Below are positions 1-9,621 of a stretch of 64,000 bases of DNA, piece after piece. The stretch comes from Candidatus Eiseniibacteriota bacterium (lineage in GTDB: Bacteria; Eisenbacteria; RBG-16-71-46): assembly GCA_036522895.1 (NCBI GenBank), contig DATDEX010000286.1:3929-67928 (forward strand). The letters run 5' to 3'. The notes under the pieces were generated by a model. The model was not told where the DNA came from and made no database searches. It saw nothing but the letters and a program-made list of their open reading frames with translations. The position numbers and the translations under genes are program-made. Numbering within the stretch: the first letter of the stretch is position 1; the number at the start of each line of letters is the position of its first letter.

Positions 1-177
1 CGATCGAGGCTAGCACCGGCGTGGGCGTGCACCCAGGGCGGGTTGAGCGAGAACGACGAGGCGGGTGCGGCCGCGCCACACGCCCCCACCCCCGGCGGGC
101 GCACGCAGGCGTTCGGGGTGCCGGAAGGTCGCATTGGCTGCCGCCGGGACTGAGGTTAGGCTCGCGGCGCGATTGCC

Positions 178-1896
178 TTGATCGCGGCGATGTCAGTGAT
201 CCGGCGAGAGGGCACGATCTTGTCCCAGTCGAAGGACCGCGACGGAACCCGTCGGGAAGCCTCGGACCGAAGCCTGTTCGATCCACACGGTGGAGCCGGC
301 GCCTCCACGGGACTGAGCACGAGCTGGCATCTGCCCCGCGACCTTCGGCTTCAGGCGACCCGGCGACTTCGCGTGATCGCCCTCCTTTACGCGCTGGCGT
401 TTTTCCTCGCGGATTTCGGTCCGCCGCTGTTCCTGGGCTCCATCCGGGAGAAGTTCCAGGATCCCATCGACTGGGCGGCGACCGCGGCCTCGATCGTCGC
501 GGGATTGGTCGTCGCCGCGCTCGTCGCCAGCCCACGATTGAGCTGGGAGACCAAGGTGAACCTGGGCCTCGTGTTCGAGGTCGCGGCGAGCTACGGGATT
601 GCCCTCTCTCAGTACCTCGGGGTCTCGGTGGTGGCTGCCGCGCCGATCGTCCTGCACGTGATCTCGCCGTCGTGGGTCGCGGTCTGGATGGTGTTTTTCG
701 CGGTCGTGGTCCCCGCACCGCCCGGTCGGGCTCTGCTCGCGCTCATCGGCGCGGCGTCCGCTCCGCCCGTCGTGATCGGCCTCGCCCTTCATCACGCCGG
801 GCTCTCGCATCTCATGTCCCCGTCCATGTTCTTCCTCCACCACGTGTTCACGTACATGATCTGCGCGATGCTGGGCTACGTGGGCGCGCGCGTCGTGTAT
901 GCACTTGGCGCGGATGTCTCGCGCGCACGCGAGCTGGGGAGCTATCGATTGATCGAGCGTCTCGGCGCCGGGGGAATGGGGGAGGTGTGGAAGGCTTCAC
1001 ACCACCTGCTCGCAAGGCAGGCCGCGATCAAGTTCATCCGGCCGGACGCGATCGCGAGTTCCGACCCCCAGGAGACGAAAACCGTGCTCAAGCGGTTCGA
1101 ACTCGAGGCGCGGGCCACCGCCTCGTTGAGCTCGGCACACACGGTTGCGATCTACGACTACGGGGTCACCGACGACGGCACGTTCTACTACGTCATGGAG
1201 CTGCTCGACGGTATGGACTGCGATCGCCTCATCCGCTCGTTCGGACCGCTTCCCCCCGCGCGCGTCGTGCACCTAATGGCACAGGTGTGTGAATCGCTCG
1301 AAGAGGCACACGACAAGCACCTGATCCACCGGGACGTGAAGCCCGCCAACATCTATGTGTGCCGGTCGGGCAATCGCTGCGACTTCGTGAAGGTGCTCGA
1401 TTTCGGCATCGTGGCCCACCCGCTCGCGCCATCGGTGCCCGAGCTCCGGCTCACGCTTCCGCAGGAAGCGGTCGGAACGCCGCAGTTCATGGCCCCCGAG
1501 GTGGCACTCGGGCAGAAGCTGGACGGCCGCGCCGATCTCTACGGGCTCGGCTGTGTGGCCTACTGGCTCGCCGCGGGAAGGCCGGTGTTCGAGGGCTCGA
1601 GTGTCTACGACGTCATCGCGAAACACCTGCACGAGCCACCCGATCCCCCATCCCTTCACGCGCCGGGGGGGATGCCGCCCGAGCTGGACGCGCTGATCCT
1701 GCGCTGCCTCGCCAAGGAGCCGGCACAGCGACCCGCGGACGCCCGCGAGCTCGCTCGCCAGCTCCGCGTCCTTCCGCTCCCCGACCCGTGGAGTGAGGAG
1801 CTCGCGGAAGCCTGGTGGAACGACCGCCTCGCGAGCGGAGCCAGCCCCGGCCGGGGGGTGACCGGCGACTTGACCGGCGCGCCGACGGAGTCCTAG
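178..1896 (+). CDS. Membrane-anchored Ser/Thr protein kinase: N-terminal polytopic membrane domain fused to a C-terminal Hanks kinase
   Basis: About 240 aa of hydrophobic helices at the N-terminus. Kinase motifs follow: glycine loop LGAGGMGEVWKA, VAIK lysine, catalytic loop HRDVKPANI, DFG (DFGIV) and APE (MAPE). Confidence 0.8.
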   Translation: MIAAMSVIRREGTILSQSKDRDGTRREASDRSLFDPHGGAGASTGLSTSWHLPRDLRLQATRRLRVIALLYALAFFLADFGPPLFLGSIREKFQDPIDWAATAASIVAGLVVAALVASPRLSWETKVNLGLVFEVAASYGIALSQYLGVSVVAAAPIVLHVISPSWVAVWMVFFAVVVPAPPGRALLALIGAASAPPVVIGLALHHAGLSHLMSPSMFFLHHVFTYMICAMLGYVGARVVYALGADVSRARELGSYRLIERLGAGGMGEVWKASHHLLARQAAIKFIRPDAIASSDPQETKTVLKRFELEARATASLSSAHTVAIYDYGVTDDGTFYYVMELLDGMDCDRLIRSFGPLPPARVVHLMAQVCESLEEAHDKHLIHRDVKPANIYVCRSGNRCDFVKVLDFGIVAHPLAPSVPELRLTLPQEAVGTPQFMAPEVALGQKLDGRADLYGLGCVAYWLAAGRPVFEGSSVYDVIAKHLHEPPDPPSLHAPGGMPPELDALILRCLAKEPAQRPADARELARQLRVLPLPDPWSEELAEAWWNDRLASGASPGRGVTGDLTGAPTES

Positions 1897-1951
1897 CCCC
1901 GCTCGTGCAAGCTCACGGCGACCGCGAAGCTCACTCGATTCCTGCTCCCCG

Positions 1952-3790
1952 GTGGCGTCGGCGGTGCGCTACAATCTCCCGATGCCACTGACCGTCGGTA
2001 CCCGTCTCGGCCCCTATGAAGTCCTCGCCCCGGTCGGTGCGGGGGGGATGGGCGAGGTCTATCGCGCGCGGGACACCCGTTTGGGCCGCGATGTGGCGGT
2101 CAAAGTGCTCCCCTCGCACCTGACCGAGAGCGCCCAGGCCCGCGCCAGGTTCGAGCGCGAAGCGCGCGTCGTTTCGGGGCTCAACCACCCGCACATCTGC
2201 GTGCTCCACGATCTCGGGCGGGAGGGCGAGATCGACTACCTCGTCATGGAGCTGGTCGAGGGCGAGTCGCTCGCGGACCGGCTTTCCCGCGGCCCGCTCC
2301 CGATCGCCGAGGTGCTGCGGCTCGGGGCCGAGATCGCCGACGCGCTCGACCGTGCGCATCGGGCCGGCGTGGTGCACCGCGACTTGAAACCCGGCAATGT
2401 GATGCTCTCCAAGTCCGGGGCCAAGCTCATGGACTTCGGGCTCGCCCGCGAAGGCCGCCCGGGAGGCGCCTGGATCGCGTCCGGTTCCGGGCCCGGGCCG
2501 ATGTCGCAGTCGCCGACGATCGCGACGCCACTCACGGCCGAGGGCGCGTTCGTCGGCACGAGCCACTATATGGCGCCCGAGCAGCTCGAGGGCTACGAGG
2601 CCGACGCGCGCAGCGACCTGTGGGCGCTCGGCTGCGTGCTCTACGAGATGGCCACCGGGCGACGCGCGTACGAGGGATCGACACCGGCCTCGCTGATCTC
2701 TTCGATCATGAAGGACCAACCCCGCCCGACGACCGAGTTTGCGCCGCTCACGCCGGCGGGCCTCGACCGCGTGCTCCGCGCCTGCCTGGCCAAGGATCCG
2801 GAGCAGCGCTGGCAGAATGCGCACGACGTGGCGCTCGCGCTGCGCTGGCCGGCGGCGGAACCCGTGGCCGTGGGTCGCTCGGCCGGGTCGCTCAGCCAGC
2901 GGGAGTTCGTGCTCACCGCCGGGCACGTGCGCCAGCTCGCCGAGCGGAATCCGCGGCTCGTGGGCTATCCGGTGACCTACGTCGACAACCAGGTCCAGTC
3001 CGACCAGCTGGTGGTGTTCCTGCACGGGCTCGGGGCCGACGGCGGCCAGTTCGAGCTTTTCCTCAACGCCTCACCACATCGCGCCGTCGCGGTCACGCTG
3101 GTCGGGTTCGGGCGGGAGGAGAAGCGCCGCCCCACCCTGGGGCTTGACGACCATTCGCGCGTGCTGCGCATGCTGCTGCGCGAGATCGTTGCCGAGTGCC
3201 GGCCCCGGCGCACGCTCCTCGTCGGGCACTCGGCGGGCGCCGACCAGCTCCTGCGCATGCTGCATGAGGACGCCGCGGCCGGCGTCAAGATCGACGGGCT
3301 CATCGCGCTCGGCCCGAACGTCAGCCTCGGCACCTGCTTCGCCACCCGGCTCTATGCGAAGATCGACGCCGCCAATCCGGATGGCACGCTCGCGATCCTC
3401 AAATCGCTCGCCGAGCACATCGACTCGCTCGAGACGTGGCTCGTGGTGCAGAGCTACTTCGCGCAAATGTTCATCAAGCTCGGCGCGGACCTGGAGCCGC
3501 TCCGGCGTTACGCCGCCGACCTGGTGCGACCGTTCGAGGAGCCCGGCGATCCGCTGGCGGATTGGTACCGGAGCGCGAAGCAGCGCGTCCAGAACGTTCG
3601 GCTCGTGTTCTCGAACGAGGAGGCCGCGGCCGCGGAAGCGCTCCTGGCCCGCCATCTCGAGAGCAACGTGCTGGGCGACGACTTCACGGAGAGCTCGTTC
3701 GCGATCGAGCGCGTGCACCACCTAGCGCTGCTCGAAATCGGCCTCGTCACCCGACACGTCGAGGAAGTGTTCCGCTCGATTCACGACTAG
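1952..3790 (+). CDS. Ser/Thr protein kinase fused to a C-terminal alpha/beta-hydrolase domain
   Basis: Kinase motifs: VGAGGMGEVYRARD, VAVK, HRDLKPGNVML, DFGLAR, SHYMAPE. The C-terminal half has VVFLHGLGADG and the nucleophile elbow GHSAG typical of the alpha/beta-hydrolase fold. Confidence 0.8.
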   Translation: MASAVRYNLPMPLTVGTRLGPYEVLAPVGAGGMGEVYRARDTRLGRDVAVKVLPSHLTESAQARARFEREARVVSGLNHPHICVLHDLGREGEIDYLVMELVEGESLADRLSRGPLPIAEVLRLGAEIADALDRAHRAGVVHRDLKPGNVMLSKSGAKLMDFGLAREGRPGGAWIASGSGPGPMSQSPTIATPLTAEGAFVGTSHYMAPEQLEGYEADARSDLWALGCVLYEMATGRRAYEGSTPASLISSIMKDQPRPTTEFAPLTPAGLDRVLRACLAKDPEQRWQNAHDVALALRWPAAEPVAVGRSAGSLSQREFVLTAGHVRQLAERNPRLVGYPVTYVDNQVQSDQLVVFLHGLGADGGQFELFLNASPHRAVAVTLVGFGREEKRRPTLGLDDHSRVLRMLLREIVAECRPRRTLLVGHSAGADQLLRMLHEDAAAGVKIDGLIALGPNVSLGTCFATRLYAKIDAANPDGTLAILKSLAEHIDSLETWLVVQSYFAQMFIKLGADLEPLRRYAADLVRPFEEPGDPLADWYRSAKQRVQNVRLVFSNEEAAAAEALLARHLESNVLGDDFTESSFAIERVHHLALLEIGLVTRHVEEVFRSIHD

Positions 3791-3851
3791 AGTGTTTCGT
3801 GTCGCGCGATCCGCGCGGCGCGTGGCCGCATCACCGGTCCCGGAGGTCACC

Positions 3852-4808
3852 ATGTCCCGCGTCGTCCTTGCTTCGTTGCTCGCGGTCCTGACGGTCCTCG
3901 TGCTCGCGCCCCGGTGCTTCGCCGACCCACCGGTGGTGGTCTTCTCGACCGACTTCGAGACCGGGCTTCCGGCGCAGTTTTCGGCGCCCGGGGCGGTGAT
4001 CGAAGGCGTGCAGGGGTATTCCGGGCTCGGCCCCGTCGGCCGCCGGTTTGGCGGCAACTTCCTCCACTACACGAGCGTCACGCTGTTCCCGACCACGTTG
4101 ACCGTGCGCAATCTGCCCGCGCACGACCACCTGAGCGTCAAGTCCCTGCTCGCGATCATCGATTCATGGGACGGCACCGAGATCATGCAGATCTCGGTCG
4201 ACGGCAACCTTCGCTTCGCCAACCGGTTCTCGCTCGCGCTTGCGGATACGACCACCTATTCTCCCGCCCCGCCCGGCGCGATCCTCAGCATGGGGAGGGA
4301 ACTCGGCTTCTCGCTCGGCAGTTACTACGCCCGCGACCGCGCCTACGACCTGGGTGTCGAGCCCGCGTTTCTCGACCTGCCGCACACGGCGGACTCCGTG
4401 GTGGTCGCCTGGACGATCAGCGCGCTCTCCGGGCCCGCGGCCGATCAATGGCAGGGCGGCGGCGACGAATCGTGGGGGATCGACGCGATCTCGGTGGAGG
4501 TCTCCTCGCAGACGACCGGCGTCGGCACGGACCCCGCGTCGGTCCACTTCGCCGTGCGCGCGACTCCCAATCCCGCGCGGGACGGCCTCGTGCGGCTGCA
4601 GCTCGTGCTCCCGGCTTCGGGTGGGGCGCTCGTGGAGCTGATCGACCTCGCCGGCCGGCAGGTGTCCTCGCGTGAGCTGGATTCCGCCGCCGCCGGGAAG
4701 CGGTCGGTGGAGTTGCCGATCCCGTCGGGGCTCGCGCCGGGTCTGTACTTCGCCCGGGTGACGCAGGGCGCGGCGGCGCGCGCCACGAGGGTGATCGTTC
4801 AGAACTGA
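3852..4808 (+). CDS. Secreted protein with T9SS-type C-terminal sorting domain
   Basis: GGAGG ribosome-binding site at 3842-3847. Signal peptide MSRVVLASLLAVLTVLVLA. C-terminus ...PNPARDGLVRLQLVLP...LYFARVTQGAAARATRVIVQN matches the CTD repeated across this window. The six-frame ORF begins at 3792; the Met at 3852 is preferred. Confidence 0.6.
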   Translation: MSRVVLASLLAVLTVLVLAPRCFADPPVVVFSTDFETGLPAQFSAPGAVIEGVQGYSGLGPVGRRFGGNFLHYTSVTLFPTTLTVRNLPAHDHLSVKSLLAIIDSWDGTEIMQISVDGNLRFANRFSLALADTTTYSPAPPGAILSMGRELGFSLGSYYARDRAYDLGVEPAFLDLPHTADSVVVAWTISALSGPAADQWQGGGDESWGIDAISVEVSSQTTGVGTDPASVHFAVRATPNPARDGLVRLQLVLPASGGALVELIDLAGRQVSSRELDSAAAGKRSVELPIPSGLAPGLYFARVTQGAAARATRVIVQN

Positions 4809-4884
4809 CGCCGCTCGCCGAGAGGCTCGGCCGTACGTCGCACGCAGCGACCCACGCGCCGACGATTCGGCGCTTCGCGTCGGC

Positions 4885-5595
4885 ATGGAGGGGGCTGAAC
4901 GCATGGCGAGTGTCGGGCTGGTGGGAGGACTGGGTCCGGAGTCCACGATCGATTACTACCGCCGTATCCTCGAGCGGTGGGAGCGGGAGCGCCCGGGGAG
5001 TGCGCCCTCGATCGTCATCGACAGCCTCGACGTGCAGATGGGGCTGCGCCTCGTGCAACACGACCGGGCCGGGCTCCTCGCGTATCTCCGAGCGTCACTC
5101 GAGCGATTGGTCGGCGCGGGCGTGAGCTTCGCCGCGCTCACGGCGAACACGCCCCACCTGGTGTTCGACGACCTCGCGGCGGGCTCCCCGGTCCCGCTCA
5201 TCAGCATCGTCGAGACCTGCGCCGGGGAGGCGAGGCGCCGCGGCTTCACGCGCCTCCTGCTGCTCGGGACGCGCTTCACGATGGAGGGCGCGTTTTTTCC
5301 TACGGTATTCGGCCGGCATGGGCTCTCGCTCGTGCCGCTCGAGCGTGCCGACGTGGCCTGGGTGCACGAGCGCTACGTCGGCGAGCTCCTGAAGGGCGAT
5401 TTCCGCGACGAGACGCGGCAACGGTTCGTTGAGCTCGTGGACCGCGTGCGCCGCGAGTCGGGGATCGAGGCTGTGATCCTCGGCGGCACCGAGTTGCCGT
5501 TGCTTCTCCGCGCCACCGAGATCGGCGGCGTCCCGCTGCTCGACACGACCGCGCTCCACGTCGACGCCATCGTGGCACGGCTGCTGGTGGGGTAG
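4885..5595 (+). CDS. Asp/Glu/hydantoin racemase family protein (aspartate racemase-like)
   Basis: N-terminus VGLVGGLGPESTIDYY and the second-half motif are typical of the Asp/Glu racemase family. The size (about 230 aa) fits. Confidence 0.7.
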   Translation: MEGAERMASVGLVGGLGPESTIDYYRRILERWERERPGSAPSIVIDSLDVQMGLRLVQHDRAGLLAYLRASLERLVGAGVSFAALTANTPHLVFDDLAAGSPVPLISIVETCAGEARRRGFTRLLLLGTRFTMEGAFFPTVFGRHGLSLVPLERADVAWVHERYVGELLKGDFRDETRQRFVELVDRVRRESGIEAVILGGTELPLLLRATEIGGVPLLDTTALHVDAIVARLLVG

Positions 5596-5600
5596 CGCGG

Positions 5601-6056
5601 GTGAAGAGGCCATCGCCGCATGACGGCGTCTATGCCCGCATCGGGTATTCGCGCAACCACGGCGTGGGGGTGCGCGCGATCCGGGACGTCCCGGCGGGGA
5701 CCTACGTGTTTCGTGGCGAGAGCGAGCGCGTCGTGTGGGTGTCGCGAGCCACGGTGCGCCGCCTGCCCGCGGCGATCCGGCAGCTGTACGAGGACTTCGG
5801 CATGGTCTCGGGCGACCGGATCGGTGTGCCGCCGAGCCTGAACATGTTGTCGGTCGGTTGGTACCTGAACCACTCCGACCGCCCGAATGTCGAGGCGGAC
5901 GAAAACGGCCGCTTCCGAACGTTGCGCAGGATCCGGAAGGGCGAGGAGCTGACCGCCGACTACCGGACGTTCACGGACGAGGCGCTGCCGTTCAAGCCGA
6001 AGCGGTTTCGCAGCGCCCGGAGGGGGTCACTCGCCCGCGGGCGGGCGCGGCGTTGA
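5601..6056 (+). CDS. SET-domain protein (putative protein-lysine N-methyltransferase)
   Basis: GTG start. GVGVRAIRDVPAGTYVF, then NHSDRPN (the SET NHS motif) and ELTADY (the SET ELxxDY motif) near the C-terminus. Confidence 0.7.
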   Translation: MKRPSPHDGVYARIGYSRNHGVGVRAIRDVPAGTYVFRGESERVVWVSRATVRRLPAAIRQLYEDFGMVSGDRIGVPPSLNMLSVGWYLNHSDRPNVEADENGRFRTLRRIRKGEELTADYRTFTDEALPFKPKRFRSARRGSLARGRARR

Positions 6057-6219
6057 CGTTCGGTCGGGGCTGGATGGGCGACGCTCGTCGCCGAACGCCG
6101 TGGCACCAATCGGTCCCATGGCGCGCGTCGTGGGCCGCGCTCCGACGATCCCCATTGACGCCGGGGGTCGCACGCGGGGAGACTGGCCTCCCGCGCCGAG
6201 TGGAAAGGAGCGTGTTCCC

Positions 6220-7923
6220 ATGGCCAGCATCCGCATTCCCGCCGCCCTCGCGACCGCGTCGATCCTGCTCGCCGCCGCCAGCGCGCACGCCCAGACGGCC
6301 ACGGCCGGCACGCCGGTCTCCGACACCCACCTCGCCGACGAGAGCCATGCGGGCGTGCTCGCCGACGGTACGGGCGGCGCCTACGTGGGGTACAAGATCG
6401 CCTATCGAAGTGCCTCGTTCCCCGCCGAGATCGCCGTGGCTCGCGTGCTGCCGTCCGCGGGGCGCCACCCCGACTGGAGCCCGCTGCCGATGACCCCGGC
6501 GGGTTCGCTCGCGCAGACGAACCCGCCGGGCCCCTCGCGGCTCCTGAGGGCACCGCAGGGCGAAGTGCTCGCCTTCGCCGACTTCGGGACCACCTCGACG
6601 CCGCAGGACGTGGTACGCGAGCGCGCGACGCTCGGCGCCGATCCGGCGTACCCGGGATTCAAGCCGAGCTACTCGTACAACGTCTTCAACGTCGTGTCCC
6701 GCAGCGATGGCGGCGCACTCATCCTGAGCAAGGCGCTCGGCAGCATCAACCTGCTCGCCACCGTCGTGAGCCCCTCCGGCGCCGGGACGGAGGTGTTCAC
6801 GCCGCTCTCGCTCAGCAACGGCGTCACGGCCACCCTCGGGGGCGACCGACTCGCAGCCGTGCCGAGCGGCGTGGACGGCGGCATCGCTGTGATCCTCCTG
6901 CCGCAGATCAACCTTTCGGCGACCGGCATCGACATGGTCGCCGTGCGCGTGGATGGCACCGGTCACCCGGTGTGGCTCCCCGCGCACCGGGTGGTGACCA
7001 GCGCGCCGCGCGACCAGATGGAGGAGGTCGCGGTGAGCGATGGTGCGGACGGTGTGATCATCGCGTGGCGCGACGATCAGAACATTCCGACGGGGTCCGA
7101 CATCTATACCGTGCGCCTGCTCTCGACCGGCGCGGTGGCCACGGGCTGGGGCGGGGGAAAGACGATCGCCATGGTCGCCGGCGCGCAATACGCACCGAGC
7201 ATCGCGAGCGACGATGCGGGCGGCGCGTGGTTCGCCTGGGTGGACGAGCGGAACCTGATGCTCGGCGGTACGGACATTTACATCTCACACCTGCTCGCGA
7301 ACGGGACGCTCGCCGCTGGCTTCGTCGCGAACGGGCGCGCGCTGTGCGACCAGCCGGGCGACCAGACCGCGGTCCAGCTCGCGCGCGACGGGAGCGGCGG
7401 CTGTTTCGCCGTGTGGCTCGACGCACGCGATGGCGAGGCGGATCTCTATGCCCAGCACCTGAACGCCGCCGGTGACCCGACCGCGCACTGGGCCGCGGGG
7501 GGGACGGCGGTGTGCACCGACGGGACCGCACAGGAGCTCCCGGCGATCGACCTGGTCTCGACCGGTCGCGCGATCACGGCATGGAACGACCGGCGGACCG
7601 GCGCCAGCATCGTCTACGCGGCGGCGCTCGACGCGGGACTGGGCGTGCTGGCGGTGCCGCGCGACGCGGGGCCGCGCCTCGCCCTGGCCCCGGTGGCCAA
7701 TCCCGCCCGGGACGCGCTCGAGCTACGGCTGGATGCGGCGGACGCGGGCGACGTGCGCGTGACGTTGTTCGACGTCTCTGGCCGGGTGCGAGCCGAGCGC
7801 ACGCTCGCGGGTCCCGCGCGCGAGCGGAGCCTGCGCTTCGTCGGGCTCCCGCCCGGGCTCTACCTCGCGCGCGCCTCGCAGTCGGGCTCGACGACGCTCA
7901 CGCGCGTCGCGGTCCTGCGCTGA
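6220..7923 (+). CDS. Secreted protein with T9SS-type C-terminal sorting domain
   Basis: GGAAAGGAG ribosome-binding site. Signal peptide MASIRIPAALATASILLAAASAHAQ. C-terminus ...PNPARDALELRLD...LYLARASQSGSTTLTRVAVLR. Confidence 0.6.
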   Translation: MASIRIPAALATASILLAAASAHAQTATAGTPVSDTHLADESHAGVLADGTGGAYVGYKIAYRSASFPAEIAVARVLPSAGRHPDWSPLPMTPAGSLAQTNPPGPSRLLRAPQGEVLAFADFGTTSTPQDVVRERATLGADPAYPGFKPSYSYNVFNVVSRSDGGALILSKALGSINLLATVVSPSGAGTEVFTPLSLSNGVTATLGGDRLAAVPSGVDGGIAVILLPQINLSATGIDMVAVRVDGTGHPVWLPAHRVVTSAPRDQMEEVAVSDGADGVIIAWRDDQNIPTGSDIYTVRLLSTGAVATGWGGGKTIAMVAGAQYAPSIASDDAGGAWFAWVDERNLMLGGTDIYISHLLANGTLAAGFVANGRALCDQPGDQTAVQLARDGSGGCFAVWLDARDGEADLYAQHLNAAGDPTAHWAAGGTAVCTDGTAQELPAIDLVSTGRAITAWNDRRTGASIVYAAALDAGLGVLAVPRDAGPRLALAPVANPARDALELRLDAADAGDVRVTLFDVSGRVRAERTLAGPARERSLRFVGLPPGLYLARASQSGSTTLTRVAVLR

Positions 7924-8146
7924 TTGGAGCGACCTAACTCAACGCGATAGTTGGTCTCCTGGCGGCCGCCCCTCGGGGCGGCCGCGGGCTTTGCCGCCGG
8001 GCCTCTGAACACCGCGACGGGCAAGGCCGGGCGCCGATTGACCCGTCCGCGCGCCGGCTTCTACACTGCGCGGCTCGAGATTCACCCAGACGCCCGCGCG
8101 ATTCCCGCCGCGGGCGGTTCTTTGTCGCTCCCCCGGACCCCCCTCG

Positions 8147-9202
8147 ATGGAACGCGTTGGCATCCTCGGTCTGCCGCAATCGGGCAAGACCACCTTGTTC
8201 GAAATCCTGGTGCAGGGCGCCGGCGCGCAATCGGCCGCGACCTCCGGCCGCGAACAGGTGGCGGTCATCGTCGTGCCCGACGAGCGCGTCGACCGGCTGG
8301 CCGTGCTCTACAAGCCGAAGAAGATCACCCACGCCCGCATCCAGTTCGTGGACACCGTCGCCGTCGGGCATACGAGCGCCCGCGCCGCCGCGAAGGGCCC
8401 GGATCTCTTCTCGGGGGTGAGAAACTGCGACGCGCTGCTGGGCGTGGTCCGCAGCTTCGAGAATCCGGCGGTGCCGGCCGCCGCCGGCGTGGATCCCGCG
8501 CGCGACCTGCGCGACCTCGAGAGCGAGCTGATCCTGAACGACTTGGCGATCGTCGAGTCGCGGCTCCAGAAGCTGGCCAAGGAGATCCGGGTCGGCCGCA
8601 AGGAGGGCGAGCGCGAACACGCGCTCCTGGTCCGCCTCAAGGCCGGGCTCGAGGCCGAGCGGCCGCTGCGCGGGGAGACCTTCGACACCGAGGACACGAA
8701 GCTGCTTCGCGGGTTCCAGTTCCTGACGCTCAAGCCACTGCTCGTGGTGGTGAACCAGGGCGAGGGCGCCGCCGGCCCGCTCCCGACCGCCGGGGCTCAC
8801 ACGCTGGTCGTCGGGATCGCCGCCCATCTCGAACGCGAGGTCGTGGGGCTCGCGGCCAACGAACGCGACGCGTTCCGGCGCGAGCTGGGAATCGAGCAGG
8901 ACGGGCTCTCGCTCGTCATCCGCGCGTGCTACCGGCTGCTCGGCCTCATCTCGTTCTTCACCGTCGGTCCCGACGAGGTGCGGGCGTGGACCTTGCGCCA
9001 GGGCGACCACGCCGTGGACGCCGCGGGGGAGATCCACACCGACCTCGCGAAGGGGTTCATCCGCGCCGAGGTCGTCCCGAGCGCGCGGTTGCTCGAGGCC
9101 GGCTCGGAAGCGGTCGCCCGCGAGCGCGGCGGCACGCGACTCGAGGGGCGGGACTACGTCGTGCAGGATGGCGACTGCCTGGAGATCCGGTTCAACAAAT
9201 AA
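8147..9202 (+). CDS. ychF: Redox-regulated ATPase/GTPase YchF (Obg family)
   Basis: N-terminal P-loop GILGLPQSGKTTLFEIL. The length matches ychF. The C-terminal TGS-type ending is DYVVQDGDCLEIRFNK. Confidence 0.9.
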   Translation: MERVGILGLPQSGKTTLFEILVQGAGAQSAATSGREQVAVIVVPDERVDRLAVLYKPKKITHARIQFVDTVAVGHTSARAAAKGPDLFSGVRNCDALLGVVRSFENPAVPAAAGVDPARDLRDLESELILNDLAIVESRLQKLAKEIRVGRKEGEREHALLVRLKAGLEAERPLRGETFDTEDTKLLRGFQFLTLKPLLVVVNQGEGAAGPLPTAGAHTLVVGIAAHLEREVVGLAANERDAFRRELGIEQDGLSLVIRACYRLLGLISFFTVGPDEVRAWTLRQGDHAVDAAGEIHTDLAKGFIRAEVVPSARLLEAGSEAVARERGGTRLEGRDYVVQDGDCLEIRFNK

Positions 9203-9621
9203 GCGGGTGTCGGACCCGGCGCCCCCGGACACTCCAGCCGGCCTCATGCATCACGCGAACGATCTCGTCCAACGTGAAGCGAACGCTCGTGCAACGCCCG
9301 GCGCAAAGCGACATCGGTGGAACACCGCCACGCGCAGGTTCGCCGCGCCCGGGCAGCTTTACTTACCCGGCCTCCCGCGCCACCCGAACGATCACTCCCA
9401 GGGTAAAGCGCACGCTCACGCGCTCGCCTGGCGCGAGGGAGTCCGGGCAGTCGGCCGCGCCCACGCGGCCGGCCGCGGGTGGGTCCGTGCTGCCCTCGAG
9501 CGCGATCACGAGGTCGACATAACGGTCGCCGTGAATGCTCACCGGCATCACCGATCGCACGATGCCGACGCGGGTTTGGGGAAGGAGCAGGCTCACGCGG
9601 CCACCATGGATCGCCCGGACG

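Noticed and set aside
21-1292. 423-aa ORF in the +3 frame overlapping the kinase gene
   Set aside because: Arg/Gly/Pro-rich low-complexity translation typical of an off-frame reading in 70% GC DNA. The kinase frame (178-1896) has clear catalytic motifs.
7934-9247. 437-aa minus-strand ORF (and the 523-aa ORF at 7951-9522) overlapping ychF
   Set aside because: The ychF frame is unambiguous (P-loop, TGS end). The overlapping ORFs are R/G/A-rich shadow frames.
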